A stretch of 64,000 bases of DNA. Source: Rhizophagus irregularis (Eukaryota). Shown here piece by piece: positions 27,051 to 36,644 of the stretch (positions are counted from its first letter, which is position 1; each line of letters opens with the position of its first letter). The stretch lies in NCBI RefSeq assembly GCF_026210795.1, contig NC_089436.1, forward strand, positions 2,170,001-2,234,000, written 5' to 3'. The notes beneath the pieces were generated by a model. The model saw only the letters and a list, made by a program, of their open reading frames with translations, ran no database searches and was not told the origin of the DNA. The translations under genes were made by a program, and so were the position numbers.

Positions 27051-27679
27051 TGTTATCCTGTCAACAATTAAAGCCGACTGAAAAACTTTAATGCTTTAAC
27101 AGGTTAACTGGAGTTTAACTTAATAGGAGAATCTTAAGTTGATCACAAATAATCACGTGAAATAACGTTGGATGTTCAGTTAAAGAAAATAGGTTTTTAT
27201 TAAAATAATGTAAGATTTTGGATACGATGAAAATATAGATAATCTCTTGGTTACGAAATTAACTATCTTGAATTATATTACTGGGAATAATACTCTTTTC
27301 ATATAACTCGAAAACTACAATATGATTCTTAACTATCTGACTGACCTTTCCTTCTTGGTAAAATCTTATTACTATTTATAATAAAATAAAAATCAAGAAT
27401 ATTTGATAAAATAAATAAAACAAATATAATAAATAAATAAAATAAATAAAATAAAATAAATAAATAAGATAAAATAAATATATCAAATAAATAAAATATA
27501 ACAAATAAAATAAATAAAATTAATAAAATAAATAAATCAAATATATCAAATTTATCAGATTTATCAGATTTATCAAATAAATCAAGAAAATCAAGAAAAT
27601 CGAAAAAATCAAGGGATCTATGAAATGATCTACAAAATTGATCTACATAAAACTACTGCGCCACATTTCTATTTTAACA
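27051..27679 (-). repeat. 3' LTR
   Basis: Direct repeat of 35860-36487; adjacent to the PPT. Confidence 0.97.
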
Positions 27680-27691
27680 CTTCCCCCCCTT
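27680..27691 (-). other. Polypurine tract
   Basis: AAGGGGGGGAAG immediately upstream of the 3' LTR on the - strand. Confidence 0.9.
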
Positions 27692-27714
27692 AAAGAACGA
27701 ACTCTTGTGAGTCT

Positions 27715-28101
27715 TTAAATTTCCAATACCAATTGCTTAATTTCGTTTTATTTTAAAGATCTTATCAAATTAACAGTAGTATTAACGGTACAATAAATCT
27801 GAGTAGGACTTGTTTCAAAAATATAATAAACATGAACAGAAATCCAATAATAATGTTCTGAAACTATTTGTCTAACTTGCTTCTTTGTTAATTCTTTTTG
27901 TTCAATAAGCTGTCCTAAGAAATATGCGAAAACTAGAGCTGGAATTCTTTGTTTTAATCGTTATGCTCGTAACAAACATCGGTAAGTCATATGAATTTTT
28001 GTTTTATCATCTATTTCTTCTGAATAAGGTTCGTCTTGTAATTTGTGAGAACTATTTCCTTCAATTAATAGGTCTTGTAACACAATTTCGTAAGGCATCA
28101 T
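27715..28101 (-). pseudogene. Gypsy accessory ORF (sense, 128 codons) just upstream of the PPT
   Basis: MMPYEIVLQDL...ALVFAYFLGQLIE...ISVHVYYIFETSPTQIY...LIRSLK*NEIKQLVLEI; two in-frame TAA codons consistent with CAA>TAA. Confidence 0.7.
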
Positions 28102-28542
28102 GATGAGAAAAAGTGAATCATAACAAAATAGAACACGTCTTTAAATAAGAATTTCATTGTCGCACTTAATTAATTAATATTATTAATGATCAACTACTAA
28201 TTTCGGTAGATCGTGACATTATTGTTTCACTAATTTAGTTTGATTGACTTTACTCCTTAAATTAGTTAATCGCGTATTACTATTTTGAAACATTTCTCCT
28301 TGTTCTAAAAATAACTTTTCTTCTCCTTAATTATTTCCACGTGTAATAATTATCAGCTGTCACTGAATTTTTCGCGTCATTTTTGTTATTTCGTCTAGAG
28401 CATATTTTCTCGCATCATGTCTTTTTCTTATTTAAGAACCTAATTTTTCCTTTTCCCTTGTTCTTCACTTCTTGCAAAATCTTTTTGCATATATCACCTT
28501 TATTAAAATTTACATATTTTTCCTAATATTCTTATTATTAAA

Positions 28543-29345
28543 ATGGGCTGCCATTGATCAAAAACATTTCAAAAAAAATCACAAGCTCGCTTTAAGGTCC
28601 TAAAGGCTGCTCGTAAATCACAACTTCGTCAACTTGAGGGTGAGTATTGCACACAAGGTTCTTAAAATGTTTCTTAAACGGGGATAGTCTGCAGACAGGG
28701 TACTTGTACCTCTAGGATATTTAGTCTTGAATGGACTCCCCTATAGAACTTTTCTGGGCTATCGATTTATTCACTTAGTCTTTGACTAACTTGATGTTTC
28801 TACTTTCCCATTTAATAACACAAGATCAAGTTCAAACGTTACAATCTAAAAATGATTCCTTACAAGCTGAAAATAATTCATTACAAGAAGAAATTATGAC
28901 CCTAACAGAGTTTGGTATTTTGCAGTCCAGGCAAATCCATCATTGAGAAGAAAATGCGCAATCTAATAACGAACTGTGGGCTGTCGTCCAAAAGGAATGT
29001 TGGGAGGCCCAGAAAAAGGTTATTCAACAAGATGAAGAAATTGTCGGTTTAAAGAACGAAGTAAAACAACTGAAGAGGGAAAATAAAAGCACTACGTATA
29101 GTACAAAATATTTTGAAACTAAATATTATCATGCAATGAGTGTTATACACAAATATGGTATAATTGTTATTGACGATAATATGCCCAAGTTTCCTTCATT
29201 TGTACCTTCATCTTCATCTTCATCTTTTTCCTCTTCTTCTTACGATCAAATATTTGTTGCTAATGGTCCTGATTATATTAATGATAATAATGATAATAAT
29301 AATGATGATAATAACGTTGATAATAATATCAATAATGAACAATAA
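28543..29345 (+). pseudogene. Gypsy accessory ORF (antisense to gag-pol), coiled-coil with Ser/Asn/Asp-rich tail
   Basis: Basic N-terminus from ATG 28543; possible GTGAGT intron from ~28640; long frame QVQTLQSKNDSLQAENNSLQEEI...EEIVGLKNEVKQLKREN running into ORF 29136-29345; TGA stops consistent with CGA>TGA. Confidence 0.6.
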
Positions 29346-32267
29346 TAATTTTCTTATTCTTAATAAAATTTTTGTACTATTTTCAAACTATGACTATTGG
29401 TTCCAATTTTCGCTCGTAATATTTCTTAAGCCTATTCCCATGAATTACGTGTTTAACTAATTTTTCATCTAAATTTCTAAGTTTATAAACATTATCATTA
29501 AGTACTTCATAAATGAAATAAGGACCTATCCACTTATTTTCTAATTTTGCCGAGAAATTATTTTTAAGCCACGTTCGTTCTACTAAAACTTGATCTCCTA
29601 TTTTCAATTTTTCTGAAATTCCTCATTGATCATATACTTGTTTTTGCTTTGCCTGTTCATTTTCAATTCTTAACGAAATATCATTTTGTTCTTCTTTTAA
29701 TTTGACTATCAATTGATAAATTCGTCTTTGCATTGGATCCTTTTCATTTTGAGGTATTTGTGATGGAATTTTTAAATCAATTGGTAAAGTTGCTTTTCGT
29801 TCATAAGTTAAATAGAATGGTGTTTTTTCCGTAGTGTTATATTTTTTCGTTCGATATGCCAAAAGTACTGCATCGATTAATTGATCCCATTTTTTATTAT
29901 TATCTTGAACTAATTTTGCTATACATTCACCAATTGTCCGATTAAATCTTTCAACCATTCCATTTGTTTGAGGTCTATAAGCTGAGGTAAGGTGATGCTT
30001 AGTTTGATAATTTTCGCATAATTCATCAATTAATTTATTCATAAATGATGTTCCTCTATCTGATAGAATTTCTTGTGAAACTCCATGTCTACAAATAATT
30101 TCTTCATAAATAAATTTAGCTACTGTTTCTGCTTTAATATTGGATATCGCTCTTGCTTCTGGCCATTTTGTAAAATAATCCATGGCGACAATAATATATC
30201 TATTTCCACTACTGGTGATTGGTAATGGTCCTTTAATGTCAATTCCTATTCTGTGAAATGGTCCTTTAACTGGTATTGGTATCAATTCTTCTCGCCAATT
30301 GGTAGGTCCTCTTCTTTGACAAATATCACAAGTTTTTATATATTCTTTTACATCTCCTAATTGTGACCAATAATATCGATCTTTGATTTTTCCAATTATA
30401 ACGTCTATTCGCACCGCTTATATCTGTATGAAAGTGATATAAAATAGGTTCTACTTGTTCGTGTAGAATTACTTTTCTTATACCATTCTTTGTTTTTCTA
30501 AATAAAATATTGTTTTGATAAATATATTGGGTTGAGTTTTTCCGAATTTGGGTTTTCCGTTTATCACTCAGTTATACCATCCATAAAAGTGAAAGTTATT
30601 AAAAATAAAATTAATTCGTTATATAGTCATTCATCCATAATCGTTATATGAGGTTAAAGGGTTGGTGTGATTATTAGTTGAGGTTGAGTCAAGACGAGAG
30701 AATGCATCAGCATTCGCATGTTTAGTTCCTTTTCAATATACAATGTCATATTTATATTCTGATAAGGCAATCTTCCATCTTTCCAATCTTTTATTATTAT
30801 TTTCCGTTGTTGAATTTAGTAACCACTTGAGTGCTGCATGGTCAGTGATGATGGTGAATTTACTTCCATAAAGATAATGTCAAAAATATTTAACTGCCCA
30901 TACAATCGCAAGGCATTCCAATTCTGTGATGGCATAATTCTTTTCCGCCAGTATTAAAGTTTGACTAGCATAGGCAATCACATACTCTTGATCATCAGTT
31001 TTCTGTGCAAGTACTGCACCTAACCCTATAATTGAAGCATCGGTATATAAAAAGAAAGGCTTTAAAAAATCTGGGTATTGTACAATCGGTGCTGTTGTTA
31101 ATTTATCTCTTAAATCCTCAAATGCTTTCTGTTGTAAATTCGTCCATTCATAAGGTGCATCCTTTTTTAATAATTTGTACATTGGATCAGCAACTTTAGT
31201 AAAATCTTTGATGAAGTGTCAATAATAAGAGAATAATCCTAGGACTCCGCGTAATTCTCTAATATTTTGAGACTCTGGGTAATTAACCATTTTATTGACT
31301 TTTTCTGGATCAGGTTTAACACCTTCTTTTCCTACAACATGTCCTAAAAATTGAAGTTCAAGTACTGCAAAATGACATTTCTCTGCTTTTAATCTTAGAT
31401 TCGCCTTACGAATTCTATTTAAAACTTCTTCCAAATGTTGAATATGATCTTTAAAAGTTTTTGAATATATAATGACATCGTCAAGATAAACTAAAATGAA
31501 CTTCTCCTTTATTCCATGTAAAACTTTATCCATAGTTTGCTGAAATGTCGCAGGTGCATTGCAAAGTCCAAAAGGCATAACTTTGAATTTATATGTTCCA
31601 AATTTGGTGATAAAGGCTGTTTTTTCCTGGTCTTCTGCCCTTACTTTTATTTGCCAATACCCTGATGCTAAATCTAAAGTGGTGAACCACTGTGCATCTT
31701 GTAGAGAATCTAATAATTCATCAATTCTTGGAAGCGGGTAATTATCCTTTTTGTAATATCGTTAAGAGCTTTATAATTAACGCAAAACCTAAGTTTTCCA
31801 TTCTTCTTTTTCACTACTACTACTGGAAATGACCATGGACTAGTTAATGGTTCTATTAGCCCTTGTTCTAACATGTCATTAATTTCACTCTCAATAAATT
31901 CATTTTCCTTTGGTGCTGTCCTATAGGCTCATTTTTTGATAGGTGGCACTTCTTCAGTGATAAATGATAATAATATGTTCCCCTTCTGGAGTTTGTTTTA
32001 ACTCTTGCAATGATTTAGCGAATAAGTCTTTATTTTTATCTAGTAATTGATGGAGTGATTGATATTGACTTTCCTCTAATTCTTCAATCGGAATAACTTT
32101 TTCTGGTTCTAATTGAATATTAGATACATTCGGACTTTCTGATTCTTGCATCACGTGATAAATGTTCCAATTTTCTTGAATGATTTGACAATTATTACAA
32201 ACTTCTCGATCTCCTAGGGTTTTACATAGGCATTTTCCTGGCCCTTTACTATTAATTACGCCAGTAC

Positions 32268-32399
32268 TAAAGATGTTAGCCGTAATTCAAAAAAGTGTCG
32301 TAATACAAAATTTTTATATGCCGTAATTAATTAAGGCTATAAAAATCTTATAGCCGTAATTCAAAATTTTTTAAAAAATAATTAAGGCTAACATCTTTA
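32268..32399. mobile_element. hAT MITE (132 bp) in pol
   Basis: TIR TAAAGATGTTAGCC; TSD GCCAGTAC/ACCAGTAC. Confidence 0.85.
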
Positions 32400-33493
32400 A
32401 CCAGTACTATTGTGACTTTGTTGCTTAATATATTTCAAATACCCTGGGTGATATTCTCGATCATTGATTTGAAAAGTACTTTTGGTTATTTCTGTCTTAT
32501 AAAATAGAACTGCTATGGTGTCTTCTAACTCATCTTCTAATTCTAGTTCATCTACTGGGTCAATGACTGTATATTTTGTTGGGTCCAATTTTTGAGAACA
32601 TGTGACAGAAATTTGTTGTTAGATTCCTTCATATTTAATGGTGATGGTATTCTGTCCATAATCAATGTTTGCATTAACCGTCTTCAACCATTCGTTACCA
32701 AGCAGAACATTATATTCAGCTTAATTCGTAACTATCATATTAATATATATAGACTTTAATATCTCTCATTTGCACTGGAACTTGCTGAACCATTCCTAAT
32801 GGTGATGATTTTTGTCCTGTTACATCGATGATTTTAATATTTGTAGGTAATTCAATTCCTTTATTGACTTTATCTAGGAATCTTTTAGAAATAATACAAC
32901 CTACAGCTCCTGAATCTATTAAGACATTAACAGGCTGTCCATATACAATCGCTTCTCCATACAAAGCTTCTTCAGCTCTTTCTTTTTGATTAAGATATGC
33001 TGGTTCTTCTCTAATCAATTGGTTAAGAATATTAGTATAATAATTAACTAGTGTTGGGGTTAATTCATTATGTTTCGCCATAAATTGGAATTGTTCAAAA
33101 GAAGTAATTGTCCAAGCTCCTTGTTTTTCAGGTTCAGTTCGCTGTAACTCTTGATAATCAGGTACTTTCGTTAAGTAAATATCACAATTAAAAGCTGGAT
33201 CGTTAAATAAAAATACACATTCATCTTTTTTAATATCTAGCGCTGTTTCTTCTTTTGTTTCTCTAAGCACAGCTTGAAAAGAAGATTCACAATTTTCTAC
33301 TTTTCCTCCTGCTACTTGCCATAAATTATACATTGTTTTATTTTTCTGTAGTCGTTTCGATAAATAAATTCCAAAGTTATTATATAAAATATTGAGAACA
33401 TATGTAGGTCTTTTTAATAGTTGAATAGGCTTTTCAATAGGTCTGATTTCTTCTAATAAGTCCTTCCAATTCACTCTTTTAGTACTAATTTCG

Positions 33494-33552
33494 TTAGAGG
33501 GTTTTCTAAAATTCGCACTCTTCCTCTCCAGAGGTGCGCTTAGTAGTTTAAA
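33494..33552 (-). promoter_or_regulatory. -1 programmed ribosomal frameshift signal (U UUA AAC plus predicted pseudoknot)
   Basis: gag ends CGT TTA AAC TAC TAA. The -1 frame is open into the NUDIX/PR ORF. Stem CGCAC/GUGCG starts 7 nt downstream and its loop (AGAGG) is complementary to a downstream CCUCU. Confidence 0.85.
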
Positions 33553-35813
33553 CGACCATTATTTTGGAAACCATTATTAGTTCCATTATTACTATTATTA
33601 TTATTTGATGGTGGTGACCTGCAATTCCTGGATACATGTCCTTTTCTTCCACAATTGTAACAATCAACATTCCTTAAATCTCTCCCATTATTGTTGCGAT
33701 TATTATTATTTTGTTGATTATTTCTTTGAAGACAGTTTTTTACGATGTGTCCAGTTCTTCCACAGACATAGCATTCTGAATTATTCCTGTTTTAATTATT
33801 ATTATTATTGTTATTTGGAATAGGACTGGTTGGTTTAGTTTCTGTACGTATTTGACTTAATGCTGCAGTAATTTCTTCGCTGATTTTTCGTTCAATCATC
33901 TTTTCTACACTTTCTGATTGGAAATAACTCATTGAATAGGCGGGTTGGTACATTGCTAGGTTAGTTCGAGCAGGAATCATTCTTCCATTCATATTTTGTA
34001 AATATCCTGGCATCATTAAATAGACTGATAAATCCATTCCCATTGAAAAAGCAGTTTCTAATGCTTGTGCTTTTTCCATTGCTTCTTCCACTGTTTAAGG
34101 CATAGCGGATTGTACAGGTACAACAAATTCAGGTCTTAAACCTTCAATAAATTCATGAATTTTATCCAATTCCATTCGTCTATCTGTAGGATCTACTCTT
34201 TTCCATAATTTTGTAATTGCTGTGATATATTCTTCAATTGTTTCACCTTGTTTTTGTTTCCTATTTCGCAGTTGATGTTTCCACTGACTAATCCTAAAAG
34301 GATTACAGAAATGATCCTTAAATAAATGTGTAAATGATCATTGAGGGTTATTATCATTCTCCCAAAAAGTAATATTTTGGCGATTGTACCAAGTTAATGC
34401 TATCCCTTTTAGATATGATGCTACTAAAACAATCGCTCGTTCTTGGCTGTCTCTATTAGTTACACAAGCTCTACTAAAAGCTTCAATCCATTCGATAGGT
34501 TCCTGATTTCCTCCTTTGAAAACTGGAAAGTTGACCAGTCTAGATTCTTTAGGCTCAACTCCTTTTGCATAAAATTTTTGTGCCTGTTGAAAAAACTGTA
34601 ACATGATCTTATTTTGTTTAGCTTCATTAATAGGAGTTTGTTCTTCTGATTCCTCATCATTTTGTAAATTATTACTAGAAAAATCAAGAAGGTCATTCTG
34701 TCAAGAAATTTTCAAGGTTGATGTTCTAATATTAGAAGAACCAAATGAACCTTGGAACGGTTTTATAGTTACAAATGATTTAGGATTTGACGATAATCCA
34801 GTACCAGAATATGGTTTATAAGTTGGAAATGGTTTTGTACCCCATTTATTTGAATTACCGCTAGTTGTAGCTAAGGTTGCTTGTCTAAACCTCTTCAAAA
34901 TCCTACGATTAGTTTCATCAAAATTTTACTATAGATTTATTATAGTTTCAGCAGAGTTTCAGCAGTTTTGGCATTTATAATAAGTTTCAGCAGTTTCGCC
35001 TTTTTCCAAAGTTTTGCCAGTTTTTTAATATAACTTTAATATAGTTTCGGCAGAATTTTGCTTTTCAGCGAAACGCCATCTTGCCTAAACCCTTAGGTTT
35101 TGGCAAGCAACCTTAGTTGTAGCCTTTTACTTATTTTTCTCATCCTTTCTAGGATCGTAAATATGGTTGTTTGATGTATCGGCTATACCTAATTGATTAA
35201 AACTACTATCTCCATCATTTTTGAGTACTGTATCATGTGATATTATACTTTCTGCTTTTTCTTCTTCATTTTGTTGGTTTTACCACGCTTTGTCTTGTAC
35301 ACTTGTTGTAGATTCAGTTCCTCCAAATTGTTGTTCACTACCTGAACTTTCATCATTTTTATCTGTCTTATTTTGGTTTCCTGACATCTTGCTTGTATTA
35401 CTAGCTGTATCTGATAATTGTTCTGAATAATATGCTTCCCAATTATTGAATCGGTCTGTGACTTCCCAATAGAATTGTATCATTTCTACTAATGTATCAA
35501 ATGCTGGTATTACTATATATCTAATAGTTTGTACTAACTCCTGAATTAATTTGTAAACTTCTTGGCTATCTCGTTGTCGCTGTAATTTCCTAAAGATTCG
35601 TATAGTATTTTGAGTAAAAACACTATCTGGATACCTGGGTGAAATAACGAATTGCCAAAATTCTCTAAATCTGGGATTCTCTAATAGTCCTAAATTCTGA
35701 TCTTCTGGATAGCAATCTGCACACGATAAATCTTCAATTAAATCCTGTTTTCCTTGATTATGATTTTTTATATGCTAAAAAATCTGTTGTAAATACTGGA
35801 ATTCCTTATTCAT
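33540..35813 (-). pseudogene. gag: gag with long N-terminal extension and two CCHC zinc knuckles
   Basis: ATG at 35813; capsid-like FPVFKGGNQEPIEWIEAFSRAC...YLKGIALTWY; knuckles CYVCGRTGHIVKNC and CYNCGRKGHVSRNC; interrupted by stops and a MITE. Confidence 0.88.
34872..35115. mobile_element. hAT MITE, family TAAGGTTGC (copy 2, 244 bp) in gag
   Basis: Same sequence family as 22096-22339; 8-bp TSD GTTGTAGC. Confidence 0.92.
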
Positions 35814-35838
35814 TCACGGTTACTATTTTTCTTTAGGT

Positions 35839-35856
35839 TCCACCCAACTCGCACCA
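35839..35856 (-). other. Primer-binding site
   Basis: TGGTGCGAGTTGGGTGGA, 3 nt downstream of the 5' LTR; complementary to a tRNA 3' end ...CCCAACTCGCACCA. tRNA isotype not determined. Confidence 0.8.
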
Positions 35857-35859
35857 AAT

Positions 35860-36487
35860 TGTTATCCTGTCAACAATTAAAGCTGACTGAAAAACTTTAA
35901 TGCTTTAACAAGTTAACTGGAGTTTAACTTAATGGGAGAGTCTTAAGTTGATCACAAATAATCACGTGAAATAACGTTAGATGTTCAGTTAAAGAAAATA
36001 GGTTTTTATTAAAATAATGTAAGATTTTGGATACGACGAAAATATAGATAATCTCTTGGTTACAAAATTAACTATCTTGAATTATATTACTGGGAATAAT
36101 ACTCTTTTCATATAACTCAAAAATTACAATACGATTCTTAACTATCTGACTGACCTTTCCTTCTTGGTAAATCCTATCACTATTTATAATAAAATAAAAA
36201 TCAAGAATATTTGATAAAATAAATAAAACAAATATAATAAATAAATAAAATAAATAAAATAAAATAAATAAATAAGATAAAATAAATATATCAAATAAAT
36301 AAAATATAACAAATAAAATAAATAAAATTAATAAAATAAATAAATCAAATATATCAAATTTATCAGATTTATCAGATTTATTAAATAAATCAAGAAAATC
36401 AAGAAAATCGAAAAAATTAAGGGATCTACAAAATGATCTACAAAATTGATCTACATAAAACTACTGCGCCACATTTCTATTTTAACA
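35860..36487 (-). repeat. 5' LTR
   Basis: Direct repeat of 27051-27679; adjacent to the PBS. Confidence 0.97.
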
Positions 36488-36644
36488 CTATAAAAAAAGA
36501 AAGAACAGTTAGTAAACCATTCATATATTAAAAAAAACAAAAAAAAAACAAGATTTGTATTTACGAATCTTGATTTCTTGGTTTTCCTTTCTTCGTAGTT
36601 CCTTACTGCATTCTAAAAAAGAAGTTAACGGTTCGTTTATAATA

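Larger units (their letters stand above)
29383..33552 (-). pseudogene. pol: pol: NUDIX - aspartic protease - Cys-rich linker - RT - RNase H - integrase (GPY/F tail)
   Basis: Motifs GGKVENCESSFQAVLRETKEETAL (Nudix box), LIDSGA, MPFGLCNAPATFQ, VYLDDV, YTDAS, TELECLAIVWAV, CDIC, GIDIKGP, SDRG, NGMVERFN, WIGPY. Multiple stops and frameshifts. Confidence 0.95.
27051..36487 (-). mobile_element. Full-length Ty3/Gypsy LTR retrotransposon (decayed) with NUDIX-PR-RT-RH-IN Pol and two accessory ORFs
   Basis: LTRs at 27051-27679 and 35860-36487 (TG...CA); TSD CTAT; PBS and PPT present; domain order PR-RT-RH-IN. Confidence 0.97.

Noticed and set aside
28678..28765. Self-cleaving ribozyme in the Gypsy 3' region
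   Set aside because: The segment is GC-rich and can fold (GATAGTC/GGCTATC, GGTAC/GTACC), but hammerhead (CUGANGA/GAAA) and hairpin loop-B consensus motifs are not matched. An Infernal search would be needed.
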